The notes under the pieces were generated by a model. That model was not told the DNA's origin. It did not search any database and was given only the letters and a program-made list of their open reading frames with translations. From positions 13,600,001-13,664,000 of the forward strand of contig CP068257.2 in the NCBI GenBank assembly GCA_009914755.4: a stretch of 64,000 nt of DNA, read 5' to 3'. Positions 27,825 to 42,509 of the stretch are shown in pieces. A program made the translations under genes and the position numbers. The DNA is from the human T2T-CHM13v2.0 reference genome, Homo sapiens. Every line of letters starts with the position of its first letter. Positions within the stretch are counted from its first letter, which is position 1.

Positions 27825-30800
27825 TGACTTCCAGCTTAGGGAGAGAGCATGCCTGGGTGGGTCATTCCCTCCACTATTTCTATAGTTTTAAATGTGTTTG
27901 TTTTTTAATCAAAGTGCATTATTCTGCATTAGTCAGACCTAAGTGGGCAAATACATTCTCCAAATTCTGGAGGAAAAACCAACAAAACTCATAAGATGTG
28001 TTGATTTCAAAATATCAAGTGCCCTAAATTCATAGTTGCAGTGAAAACTATCACATTTGTTAAATGAAGGAGTTAATTATGTAAGATTCTTATGCCAGGA
28101 AGGGGAAAAAGAAAAATAAGTTTATTTTTTTTCCATATCTGTCAATTGAAAATATAAAGTGTTACAGCTGAAACATGAATATTTTAAAGTAAGAGCAAAT
28201 GCTTGTAATTCTTCTTGGGCAGTGGTTTCAGGCATGTCCTTTACTGGCAATGAACCACATGCGGGGAGAATCTATCTCACTGTGCCAAGGAGTTATTTAT
28301 GCTTGCCTTAGACGCCCAGGACTTGAGTTTATTACACATTTTTCTCCTCTTTTGCATAAAGTAGTCCAAATCTCTTTCCATTTACCTATCATATTTTTTC
28401 ATTTTAATCAGGTGCAATTTTGATTTTTCTCTTTGGGTTCATGAGTAATGTTTGCAAAATCAAATCAATGAAAAAAGACACTGTAATTTATATTTTCATA
28501 TTTTTTCCTGGGGTTCTTACAGAGAACACAGCCCCAAACCCAGGGGAAACTATTCCCAGAAGTGCAATGGAGTTGAGTATCATGATCTTCAAACTATCTT
28601 TAGTTTATACGGTTTATACATTGAAGAAAATAAATGCAATTGTGAATGCCTAATGGAACTCTCTGGCACATACTACTGGGTACTTATATATAGTCTGATA
28701 AAAAATTAAAACCAATTTATCAAAATGACAACACACTTGTTAATTTGGAACATTCTTAATGTCCATTTAAAGTGCAATACTCAGTAATTTATTCCATTTT
28801 GGAGATTTCAAGTTATCAGCATTTAGTACAATTTATAGCTCATGCTTAATTTTGCTATTATTTACTTTAGCAAATAAAAGGCATCTTACTCTGCAAAAAA
28901 AGTGCTGATTCTTATTTTATGGAGTACCTCAGTGTAATAGATTTAGTGTGGAAAACAAATTGAAAGCCTTCTACCACCAAATTAGAGTTTTAAACTTACG
29001 TTAGCTCTTAGGTGCGTGGCTCTCACACTTTAGTACCTTGAAGAAACAACCAGGAAGTTTGTTAAAAATGCAAATCCCTGACTTCTAGTCCCCAGGGACT
29101 CTTATCAGAAGGTGTGAAATGGAACCAAGTAATCTGCATTGATTTTTAATTATCACCCCTGAATAATTCTGTTTCTATGAAGCATTTTGAGATACTCATT
29201 TTGAGATAAAAGAATTTGTGTTTTTTGTACACAATGTCTTTTTTATATAAATTATTGATTAATAGCTTTAGTAATCCTAAAATTAATCAAGTGGATGATT
29301 ATTTTTGAGAATTTATGTGATCTTTTAAAAATTTAATTTTTAGAAATTGTTCCATTTTGTATTAACATTACAAATTGTGTCATTAAGACTAAACAAAAAT
29401 CACCAAATCAATAATTCACTTAATAGACTGTGATCTACATGGAAAGCTATACATATTTAAATTTGTCAGGTGTATCCTTTTCTTAAACAACATTATTCAC
29501 AGGGAAATTCAGATAATGAAACATATCATCAGAAAAATAAATACAACAAGCAGCTAATATTTATATACACTGAAAAGAATAGGCTGATTTAGTAGAGTAA
29601 TATTCTGTGGTGTTACAAAGACTTCCCAAAGAATATGGATTTTAGAAGTATGTTCAATGCTGAGATCTCATTCTGGCCATGTACTGCGATAATGTTCATT
29701 ACTACGGAACCAAAATCCACCTTGCTGTGAATATTCAGGCTTCAGAAACAAGCATATTCTAAGTGACATCATTCTAACTGATAACCTCATTTTTTTCTGA
29801 CAAGGAGCTAACAATGGTGTCATTATAAAAGAATGGTTTAAGAATTGAAGGAGATAATATATGCTGCTATTATGGGTAAGAGTGGAAGACCAGTGAGTCC
29901 CCTACAGAAAGTCACTCAATCCTGAAATATTTCCTCAAACAGAAAAGTCGGTTATAGAGGAATACTAGATGTCAACTGGTAGATAACACCTTAGACTTGA
30001 AATTACCATCTAAGAAGAAATAACAAAAAGACTTTTTCATGGTTCTTTATATCCCAGAGGCCATAGGAGAGAATCAACCTTATTAAAAACAAAAATGGAG
30101 ATGCCACACATATCGTCAAGGATATGAATATGGAAATAGGCAAGTTATAGGTATACAAATAAATTCTAGGCTCTAGGAAAGGAAAGGCAGAAGGGAAGAG
30201 AGACTCAAGCACCATCAAAGTATAGAGCTTCAGAGCAACATTCCTTCTCTGGCTCTTGGGAGATCTTGACAGAAGAGGGCAGTTCTTAGGTGTTGAGTGA
30301 CTAGTCGGAGAAAAGGAGAACGTTACAAGCAATTTCTAAGGAATTGGGAGCCCAGGGCATTCCTGCTCTTGAAGATACTATGGCAGGAACCTTAAAAGTT
30401 TCATTTTTTTCTGACATGCCATCTGAATTTGAAGAGCCTAAAGCAGAAGAACCAGAAAATTCAGTTACCTAGGTCTACATCCATTATCCAGGCAAAAGGC
30501 CATAGAATCAACTCTATTGGTACTGTTTATGTTTGCCAAATGAGCAATTTCAAATATTAAAACGACATCAATACAGGTTTCTGGAGAAGCTCACTGACAT
30601 TAACAGCATTGCCAAAAATGTAACGCAAACTTCTTAACATTTGTCATATTTAGGGAGTTCTATTTTTCAGTTCATTTTCATAGAGCTGGAAAAAGGAAAC
30701 ATAAATTGCTGTGGCAGTAGGGGAAGGAAACCAAAGTTTAGCGAAGGCTTATCATGGGTCTCACATTGTGTTATGCAGTTTATATATGGTCACATTTGGT

Positions 30801-33800
30801 AAGTTTAGGATATATGTGAAGTGTACTAAAGAAGCAAGAGATAACATGTGGTTTACAGACATTTCAAGGTTTAATAATGAACCTGCTATCTCAAACTACT
30901 TTACCAGTTTAACTTATTAATTGTTGAAATTTTCAAACCAACCAACCCTGAGAAGAGTCTGCGAATCTATACATTTTCACATACACATCCATTTACATTC
31001 ATTGGAACACCTTTTTGAAGGCTTCTACAACTATAGTTATCAGTCTTGGAAAAATAAAAATGATGTATTGAAATTTTCCTATAACTGTCATTGTGACGGT
31101 TGTGAGGAAGGTCAGGGCAAATTATACAACAACACGGAGCATGGGTTTTATTTGGGAAACTTACAAAATAAAATTACCTTGCAAAGGTTGGCAAGAAGCA
31201 ATGCATATCTCCCTTTTCTCAGCATTCCATAGAGAAGTATGCCAGCTATGAGCAGTGCAGCTTGTGCCCTGGTAATTCCACTTCTTACAGTGTAAGCAGA
31301 GAATGGCCCAACGGTGACTGTGTTAGCCTTAGTTTTCCTGAAAGCAGAGATGTTTGAGCAGTGTATTTGGGAGTGTGATTTCACGGGGGCAAGAACAAGA
31401 GATGGGCAAAGAAATACACAGAAAGAGAGCAAATGACCCAGTATAAGTTATCCATTTAGTCACTGACAAGTTGGCTGACAAGTTGCTCAACACTGTGGAA
31501 CAGCCTGAGTGGTATGACACATGTCTTGGGATCATCAGCTCAAAGGGAAAAAAAGGGGAAATATTCACCCATTGGCATCTGTCTCTCAATGGCCAAAAAT
31601 TGTCCCAGGGGGCATTAATTTACTCTGCAATTTCTATCAGTCTTCTCTTTGTGTGAGAGGCGTCCTAGCACAGGATCGAGGGGTTCTTATCCAATGCCTG
31701 AGGGGAGGTATTGTCAGATTGCCTTTATAGAAAACTGATCAGAGTTCATGGCTGGAATAACAAACGATGTTTGAGTAAGTGTATGATATGCAAATTTCCC
31801 TTCAGGTGGAGGGCTTGATGTTTTGGACTCAGTTACTAATAGGTTAGGTGCCAGCTGTCACAGCTCAGCTCCTGGAGACCTAGTGAGCCCATGGGAGATT
31901 GCAACATCTTCTCCTGGGAGCCACCCATCCTGTGGGAATTTGGTTTTGAAATGCAGCTGGAGTAAATGCGGGATTCCAAGATAGCTTGTCCATCACCAGG
32001 CAATGAAGGAAGGGCACTGAGGCTCACCTTTGGACTTCCTGGTTGACATCCCATGGTCAGGTCTGGATATTCAGTGTGTAAATTCATTCTAATGATATTA
32101 ATTTTAAGAATGTTTTACAATTTTTTTCTAATTAAGTATTTTATGCACATATTAGGAAAAAAAATTGATTTGGTAAACCTAATAAATTTGCATCGAACCT
32201 AATATTTTATGTTCATGAATTGTAAAGGAAAGCTTAGAGGGAAGATTCTCTGTGTCTTGCTTTTCAGAGAGAGACACAGGTATGGGTCAAAGGGCGCTTA
32301 GAACCTTCCCATCCTTAATACATTATGGAAAATATTGACTGCTCTTCATCTTTGATATCATAAATTAGAGTATTATGTTCATAATGACTATTTTCTATTT
32401 AAGGAGGTTTTTTGTGAAAAACATTATCTTTTTCTGAATAATAACTCCTTCAATGCTATCTATCTTCTCCCTCAACTGTGCCTTTGCAGCTGAATAACTG
32501 ATTCACCATACTACTGAACAACTTTTTGATGACTTGAATTTATTTATTTATTTTTTAAAAGCCAATACATTCATTTGCCATTCTTGTACTTCCTGTCCTG
32601 CTTAAAGCACTTTTTGCTATTTTTTTGTGATGTAAAATCAGTCCAGTTTATCTCCATTCAAGACATCTTTATTGAAAATGACTTGTCTCCAGGCTTATTT
32701 TGGTTTCCCTTTCCAATCCTTATGGACAACTGGTTAGCTAATTGAGTCACTCCCAAGCCCCACTTCTGTTAATCAGTATATGTAATAAGTTGATGGAGTG
32801 TAAACATTTATTTAATAAAGAGAATGTCACATCGGTTGAATGTCACTTACAGAAGTTACAAAAAGGAGCCATCCATTTATTCTTTCAACAGATATTTGTT
32901 GAAGCATAAGATGCATAGCATGCTATTCTCTGTGTTATGGGATATTTTAGGATGTAAAAGACCTGGCTCACAAAAACATGCAAGCTAATGTTACTAACTT
33001 CATTTTGTCAAGCAATTTGGTATGGGAAATAACCAGTGGGAAAGCAAGTGGGGAAAGAAAAATAAGTAGAAAGACTCTGAACATATGTTCAACACAGCAG
33101 GAGACAGTGTTATAGACCTGGGATCCAACTTGTAAAAAGAAAGTGTGTAGTGGCTTGCATTTTGAAAAGAACCCCATATGGGGAAATATACTTTGTGGCA
33201 AAGACACAACAGGGAGACCTAGATGAGATCATGAGTATTTTCTCTGTGGAACCACAGAGAAGAATTTAGGGTTAGGAAGCCCATTAGCAGATGACATGCC
33301 CAGGAGCAACACTTAGCCACTGCCTGGGCATTCGTAGTGGCTTGTGTGTGTAGGAAGCTTATAAAGCTCTGAAGATTCCACTCATTTGCCTTTGCATTTA
33401 GCATCTTCTGTGCAGAAAATTAGTTATGCTGCAGCCTTAAAATGTTAGTTATCTAACATTTTAGAAAACTAGCTACCTATTAGGTTATAGTAATTGTATA
33501 AAAACATAAAATTAACCACTAGCTAGAATCATTTTTAGGATTTCTTCACTTTTAATTAAATCTAACATCAATGTTATAAAACCCAAAAGAATACAAAAAG
33601 ATTTATTTTGCTAGTAAAATGAATTTTCAAATGCTTTCAAGTCCCTTGGGGACTAAAGTTCAATAATAATTAAAGTCTTTTCATACCGCATGTGGGAAAG
33701 GGCCAAACACCATGTTGAGATTTCGTGAGTCTTCTGTACCAGCAAAGAGAGGCAGTAGAAGAAAGAAACACTTCCCTGCTCTGCATTAAGAGAACTATTA

Positions 33801-34409
33801 GGCTGCCATTCATAGTGCAATTTTTTGCAGTCCTACAGAAACACATTTCTAGGTCTTTAGACAGTTGAGTTCCAAAAGGGTTTTGCAAGAATCAAATCAC
33901 ATGTGAGCTGAGTCAAAAATCAGGAGGTCGCTTTGTAGGTGAAGAATGTGGCAAACATAAGATCGGAATGAAAGCAAAATTGAGAGTCGGCAGTGCAGGC
34001 TTTTGGAGGCGAAAGCCCAAAAGACAGGCCAAGAAATGCTTTCGATGTTGGACCTTGGGGATAAAATGATGATTTGTCAAATTACTAACTAGGTGAAAAA
34101 AACAAAAGGACATTCTCCAGCCAGGATCATGGGACCAGAGGTGTTGCCAGGTCAAATGACATTACCGGGTGACTTATTGCTCTTGGTTTTTTCTTGATGC
34201 ACTTCATTTAAGTTAACATTTTCATTCTCTGTGTTGTATTTTACGTATAGTGGTTTTCTCTACCTGAAGATTTTTGGAGTATTTACTCAATGACTTGTTT
34301 ATAATTTGTTTCCTCCTCTTTCAAGGTGAGTTGGCTAAGAACAAGGACGTTTTCCTAGTCACCCACTGTCTCCAAGCTTGTGAACAGTTACTGATAGCAC
34401 TCAACTGTT

Positions 34410-34547
34410 TTTTTATTTAAAAAAAAAATAAGGATGAGGTCTCAGTATGTTGCCTCAGGCTGGTCTTGAAATCCTGAGCTCAAGTGATCCTTCCTCCTCG
34501 GCCTCCCAAAGTGCTAAGATTACAGACATGAGCCACCATGCCTGGCG
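34410..34547 (-). mobile_element. Free left Alu monomer (FLAM-like) or Alu truncated to the left monomer, antisense, bounded by a 13-bp TSD
   Basis: 'aaaaaaaaaataaggatgaggtctcagtatgttgcctcaggctggtcttgaaatcctgagctcaagtgatccttcctcctcggcctcccaaagtgctaagattacagacatgagccaccatgcctggcg' is the antisense Alu left monomer with no right monomer. 'gcactcaactgtt' occurs at 34397-34409 and again at 34548-34560. Confidence 0.8.
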
Positions 34548-35152
34548 GCACTCAACTGTTAAATGAATGAATAAGTGAAATGAACATTTTTCAATAACAA
34601 CCTCAGCACACCATCACTGCTGCGTAGTGTGCACCAATGAGTGGTAATGTAAGATTTTATTGTTGGTTAAAGCTCAGATGTTTTCAGCAGACAGAGAGCT
34701 TGGAAGCAGAGCAAGCTCTGATAATAGCTCTTGCTCTTTGTGGGTGTGTACAGTGAATTTTAATTCACCTTGTTTATATAAGAAGGGTATAATATTAAAT
34801 ATAATTTTGGCATAGGCTTTAAAAAACAACAGCCTTAATATATTGATAAATTAGTACTTTGGGCTGTTGTCTCTTTTCTCCCAAAAGAAAATTCAATTAG
34901 AGTTAGGGTCATGTTGTCCCATAATGTTCGACAGAAGAGTGTTTGAATTCCATAGCCGATTTTTAGAAACAGTAGCTTGAGTTATTTTCTTCCCTAGTGC
35001 AGTTACCATGGAATTGATATAAAAACTTGGATATTTCTATATTACTCATTTCAGAAATGTGTTCAACTTTAAGGAATTATTTGGGTCTTAAAAAGTATTT
35101 TGCAACCAACTCATCTATACCATCAACTCCTGACTCACCTTCAAGCAATGTT

Positions 35153-35168
35153 CTCTCTCTCTCTCTCT
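35153..35168. repeat. (TC)8 dinucleotide run
   Basis: 'tctctctctctctctc'. Confidence 0.9.
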
Positions 35169-37562
35169 GCTTTTACCCCCTTAAATTGGAACTGATGTTT
35201 TATATCTAATCTGTTATAGACAAGATACAAATTGCATGAGGGCAAGGACATTTTCTGGTTCATTCCCTGCCTAGCCCTCAATGACATGGTGAATGCCTAA
35301 CAACAACAACAATTCTAATAAATGAAGGAGAAGTTAGTGGGCTGTTTCAAGCAGTATTTCCTGTAACAGCTGTGTTTTGGTGGGGTTCGGAGTCTAGTTA
35401 TTGACTGCATGTTTGGAAATTAGTTTTTATTAGATTTTGAAAACCAAGATCATAAACTTTTTAAAAAATTTAATGTTTTTATCATATTTGTTCAAAAGTA
35501 AACCACTGCTAAAAGGCTTATAACAGTGTTCCCCTTCCCCCTTACCTTCCAGCCCACAACTATCCTCCTCACCAATATGATCTTTCTTTGGAGATGAGAA
35601 ATGTCATCTTTCTTAGCTTTTCTGGTACTTGCCTCCTTATTTTCAAGTCCTATATAGCATTGCTTTATTTTGGTTATTAATTTTAAACATTATCCAACCC
35701 TATCACAGTGTGGTGAAAAATCCATAGTCAGTATTATAATTATTATGACTAATGTAAATGCTATTCAAAGTGAACCCAGGTGGCACACTATATTTATAGT
35801 ATATTATTATAGTATCTTTTCCTGGGTTAAGAACTGAAACTTTTTCTTCTAGTTTTCTTGGTTTGCTTTGAAATTATGGTTAAGTCATCATACACCTTCC
35901 AACAGCTGTATAAAATCTTGTTTCATTCAAATTCCGATACAGTGAAATCTACCTGGTAATCTCTCCATTTCTTCTTCATCTGTCTTTCCCCTGGAAGCAT
36001 CCTTCCGGTGGTGGGGGCAGGGGGTGCTTTTGTCCAATCTGAAATGGCTCTCCTCTGTTTGAAAGCTTCTTCTCAACTATAATCTTGGACCCTCTGTACC
36101 TCCTGGTCATTTCTTTTGTCTCTCTCGATTTGGATTACCTGCTTTCTGATCTTTAGTCTTGCTCCTTCTTGGTTTATTCCATTATGGGTAGAGCATCCAC
36201 TAGTTCTTGGAGAAATAGAGATCAAAGGTAATTTTTTTAAGACAACATTTCATAAAATATCCTTATTTCATTTTCATGTAAGGCTGATTGTGTCATTGGA
36301 CGTGAACTACTAGAATGGATATCATTTACATCAAGAATCTGAAATGGATTGTGCTACTGTTGTAGGACTTCCTCCTTAGTTCAGCTAAAAGCTGGGATCT
36401 TGTCACATGACCATGAAAGATTAGGCTGGCAGATACTTTGAAGGGTGAGAAGAGCAGGTTTCATTGGGTGAAAGGTAAAAAAGGGAAATAGGGACCCTCA
36501 GCAAAGCAAGAGTCCTGAGTGTGGGTTTCTTGCCTCACAGATTGAAACCCTAGTTATCACCCTGGGACAGGAGAAGCCAGGCTCCTCCCCACTGGAAAGG
36601 GCACAAACTTCCCATGGCTCCACAGCATTCTCCCAGCGCACTGGCCAGTCGGAGGTTTTCCGGGGAGCCCTTTATACTTGGCTGTCTCACTACCGTCCTC
36701 TAGCTTTCTATGTTGCTATTAAAAAGCAAAAGCAATTTTTAGTCCTTATCTTTTAATGTATCCCCTTTTTCTCCCTGGAAGGTTTCCTCTTTATTCCTGC
36801 TTTTTCTTTTCTTTTTTTCCATTTATAGCTTTAGGCACTTGGTAGTAAGTCTTTACCATCTGGAGACTTACATCCTTCAGAGTGAGGAATTATCTGATTT
36901 TCTCTATGGAACTCCTGTTAGTCAGATGTTGGGCCTTTTTGCTTAATATTTTCTTTACTCTTTTCCCTCCTATTGGTTATCGCTTTATGTTTTTGATCTT
37001 CCGATTCTTTTGTTAAATTTTTATTTTCTAAATATCTATTTCTTGTTTCATGAGTGTTCCTTTTTATGCATTTTCATGTTGTTCTGTGGGTTCAATACCT
37101 CTCTTACCTCTCCAGGGATACAAATTACAGTGTTTTTTTGTTTTGTTTTTTGTTTGTTTGCTCCCTGAATTCACTATAGTTCTTTTCTCATTTTAATTTT
37201 AGATGTTTTCTATGATGTTTTTGTTCTTTACTAATTAATATCAATGCGTTCAGAAGTAAATGGAAAGTTCTATGGGTGTAGGCTGCAGTTTTGCACTGCT
37301 AAACCTCCTGAGGTTCCCACAACTGGCCAGTTAGCTTCTATGTTGTGAAATCTCCAAATGCCTGTATTCCCACAGGAGTTTTCTCGGAGGCAGTACATTC
37401 TCTCTTACACACACCTGGGGGTTATTAGCTTGGCTACCAGCATTCTAGAATTTGGTGGAAAAGAAAGGCTCAGGGTCCACAGTTCAGTTAGATTAATTCC
37501 TTTTTTTTTTTCAATATGCTACTTTGCTGTCTTTGATGCCTCATGCTCGCAGGTGTAGTAAA

Positions 37563-37700
37563 AGTGGGGCAGTCATCTGAAGGTGCTCAGAGTGGACAGG
37601 AACCAGGAATCTGAAGCTAACTGCTCCCTAGTGGGGCAGTCATCTGAAGGTGCTCAGAGTGGGTGGGAACCAGAAATTTGAGGCTAATTGCTCCCTAGCA
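37563..37700. repeat. Tandem duplication, 2 x ~69 bp
   Basis: 'gtggggcagtcatctgaaggtgctcagagtggacaggaaccaggaatctgaagctaactgctccctag' is followed at once by 'tggggcagtcatctgaaggtgctcagagtgggtgggaaccagaaatttgaggctaattgctccctag' (about 90% identical). Confidence 0.9.
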
Positions 37701-40198
37701 GTTTCTCAAGTCCTCTCCCTAATTCCTTCAAATTATTCTGCGTAATTCCAATTCCTGAGTCTTTTATAACTTTTAGGGGCCAACTATGTATATCCATCTG
37801 CAAGAGCTTATTCTCCTCCACTCTTCTAAACTATTTATTATTCTTACATTGACTTTAGTCTTCAAATTCTGTGGCCTGGGACTATAGATATCTATTAATT
37901 TTTAATGAATATATTCAATTTTTTTGTTTATTTGTTTTTATTCTATTTTCCTGAATTTTAGGGGGTTGGATTTTGAGAGGAGAGGAGTGGAAATATCTTG
38001 ATTCCATCAATTTAGAAATCACAGATCTCGTGATCAGATTTTGAGGGATAGATTCTCATTGTAACAACACCTGTCAGAAATTTATTTTTAAAAGAGAATT
38101 ACAATGTATTAATTAATACTTGGAAATATTATCACTAAGTAAATTAGAATATTTCTTTTGATTGCCAAAGGCAGTTTTGTTCTTCTGAAAGAATCAGCTT
38201 CAGAAGCCAAATAAAGATCTAAACATTCATGACGGGTGTTGAGTTATAGCAGAGAAAGTTAAATGTTCTTTATGGTTAATGTTGCATTACCTAGCCTGTT
38301 GCCACAACCCTCATGTAAGTAGGTGCCTGCCAAAATAAATAGAATGATTAAATTGGGCAGCCAGGAATTACCACTGGACAGTTCTGATAATCCACAGGCA
38401 ACTTTCCATTCTTCTTTCTTTATTCTTCACAAATCCTACTAATATTTGTTATAAAAATAGATTGTACAATTATTTGAGTGATAAAGAAATATTTATGAAG
38501 TGTCCACTCTGTACCATATACATGGTAATATGTATTATTTCATTATTCTTTGTCAGATATTAGTTACATTTTAAATTTATGTCTTTTTAATGAGATTCCA
38601 GGGAAGTACCTGGTTTCCTGATGAAATTTAAGGAATTCCCATTATTTGCTTTAATCATTTCCTGGGAAGGCTTTCACATGTGACCAAATACATTCATTTT
38701 ATAGCTTTTATTTTAATTGTTGATTTTTTATGACTTTGTTCATAATTCTGTGCATACATTTTTTGTTTACCCATATTATACATTGACTACATACTCAATA
38801 TTATACAAACCTTCATTGTTTATTTTTCCATAATAAACAAGGAACATGAAGTCTTTGCATTTGGAAGAGTCTTCAAAGGCAGATCAGAGTCCAAAACCTA
38901 GCACAAGCCCTCACTCCAGTTTGGTGAAAAGCAAATTAAAAAAAGAAAAAAGGAAAAAAAAGAGAGTAAACAAAACACATATGCAGAAATACACCAACAA
39001 AAATACACGTCGTCCATCACTGCACATTCTTCTCTTTCCTGGAAAGAATGGCAGCGACTATGAAGAGTTTTTCAGAGGCTAGATGCTCCCGTGAAATTTG
39101 CACCTGGTCCTGAGGTGAGCCAGATTGGCAGGAAGAGAAGGCAGAGCTGACTCCATACTGTTATTCCTTAGCCAATCACCAGAGTGACAAACCTTGAGTG
39201 AGCTTGAACCACAGATGCCCACTAGATGTTCATCCCTGTGTTAAAAAAAGATTTGGTGAAAATAGTGGCTGGTCCTGAGCCCAGCAAGGATGGAGATGAA
39301 GAATGATAAGTTATTCATTTCTAAAAATTTTATAAATATAGGACTTGCTTAACACTGACTGCTGACCTTGAATTCCCTTCTTCTGAGTATGTCTGCAATT
39401 CTAAAAGCAGCCCCAGAAGGCTGGAAAACGACTCACAAAGTGGCTATTAATAAACAGTGGTACATATAAAAGTGACAGAAGTCCAAAGTGTGTAGACAGG
39501 TGTTTTACTTCAATAGAGTAATGAAATGCTGAAGCAATGCAGGTGTTCAGCAGCCACAGCTTTGTCTGAACACTGCAGGGTATGTGTGTGTATGTGCCTG
39601 TGAGTACACACACACCCGTGTATGCATGCAACTTAAGCACACACACTTTGGGGAAGCACTTACTATGTGCACTCTGCAGTAACAAATCATGATTTGCTTC
39701 CAATCATTGCTATATTGATTTAAGAGAGAATGTGCTCTTAATAAGCATTATCCACCGCAGAATGCACATAGTAAGTGCTTTCCATTCCAATGTTCCTTGG
39801 TTTCAGCAATGTCAATGACTGTACTGTATTAGTCTGTTCTCACACTGCTAATAAAGACATACCAAAGAGTGGGTAATTTGTAAAGGAAAGAGGTTTAATT
39901 GATTCACAGTTCCATATGGTTGGGGAGGCCTCACAATCATGGTGGAAGGCGAATGAAAAGCAAAGTCATGTCTTACATGGTAGCAGGCAAGAGAAAGCTT
40001 GTGCAGAGGAGCTCTCCTTTATAAAACCATCAGATATCATGAGACTTATTTACTACCACAAGAAGAGTATGGAAGAAACTGCCCCCATGATTCAATTATC
40101 TCTACCTGGCCCCACCCTTGACATGTGGGGATTATTAAGTTCAAGGTGAGATTTGGGTGGGGACACAGCAAAACTGTATCACTTAACAAGAAACTTAA

Positions 40199-40577
<379 letters not shown>

Positions 40578-42224
40578 TACCAGTATGATTTTAATGAGAT
40601 TAAGGCTGGTTGGTCTCATGGGAGAAGAAAACATTCAGGTCTCCTATTTAGATTGAGTGCATCTCAAAATACAGGAAAAATAATACAAACTCAGTCTATT
40701 TCCTAAGTCAAGTTGGTCAATAACATGTTCATACATAGAAAGTGATTTTTCAATATTTAAAAACCAGTTACCTGGATTTCACATGACCAGAAGTGAATAG
40801 AATTAGAACATCAAATACTTTGACATAATGCAAACACTACTAGTCGGGATGAACTCATGAGTTCTCTTTTTTTATCCCAGCTTCATTTCTGGATTTACCA
40901 TCTTGCCTTCCATTTTATTTTTCATTTCTTTTATCTCCATCTTTATCCTCCCTTCTCCTGGCCACCACCTCCTCTCTTATTTTATGGAATAAATTGTAAT
41001 GTGAAGAGCATCTTCAAGAAATTATATCTTATGGCCTTTCTTAAGGTAATTCAAACTTGTGCTTGGCCGAAAAAGAACTGTATGCTAAATTTATGTATGT
41101 TCGCAGAGACAGAGAGAAACTATTTTTTCTCTGTCCCCTTCATGAGACATTTAAACAAGTGAGTAACAGGTGCTGCATGCCTGGAACACACTGTACTCTG
41201 AATATTCTTGTAAGGAGTTGTGCACTCTGGGGAGAGCATTTCATATCCAAGTCCTCATGAACAACACCTGTGCTTGGTCAGTCACCGGAAGGATACACCC
41301 TTGGTGATAAAAAGGGATTTTATTGGGCTATGGATAGAATTGTTTCGTTAAATACTTGGGAAGGAAGCTGATAAATTAAGTCTACCAAGTTGGATAATAA
41401 CTGCATGCCCTTTGGGATAAGCTATTTTATCTGTGCTTTGAATGGAAGAAATAATGCAAGATTGAACCACCAAACTAGTGTATTATTTTAATTTGAAAAA
41501 AAAAATTTACTTTTTCTAATAAGAAATATAAAACTTTATTGTGCCAAAGTGGCAATACTCAAGTAGGAAAAGAAAAAAAAGAGATATAAAGAAGGAACGA
41601 TTGGTTAGTTGGATTGAGAGGCTAATCTCCATGTCTTTTGCATTAACCTCAGAATTAGCAGGTATAGCTCATGGACTCAGCTTAATAAAGACGATTTATA
41701 CAGTGCTATGGATAAGAGAAGAGCTCTAGAAACAATATTTGTAAGCCATAAATTACTAATACATATGTACTTATGATGAATAATTATTTTTCAATATGAT
41801 GAGCATGATCTGCCTTTGAAGAGAAAAATAAAGTCTAGGTTTCTGAAGGAGAATTAACTCCATTAGGCCCTTAGGGTATACGTACTTTAAGTCACTTCAC
41901 TGCCTAGAGTTTTAAGTATCCTAATGGCTAGAAATTATGCATTTGTCCATACAGAGTATCCTGATAACTCCCCCAGGCAGACCTGAACTATAATTTAAGC
42001 CAATTCTTGATAACTTTTATAAGCATGGCAAGATGCTCTTCTTTTCTCCACTCCCATCCACTCCCACCTCAGTGTGTGTGAATCAATCACTATCCAGCTC
42101 CAACATCACCATACTGCTGCTTATCAATTACAAGTCAAGTTATTTTACAAAAGTGATAAGTATCCTGAATTCCATCTGTGATTTAGTGTTCTAGTTGAAA
42201 TATTTTATGTTTGCCTTCCAGATG

Positions 42225-42509
<285 letters not shown>

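Noticed and set aside
38846-39082. ORF encoding a K/R/S-rich 78-aa peptide
   Set aside because: It is A-rich low-complexity DNA ('aaaaaagaaaaaaggaaaaaaaagagag') that produces a lysine-rich frame. There is no supporting signal.
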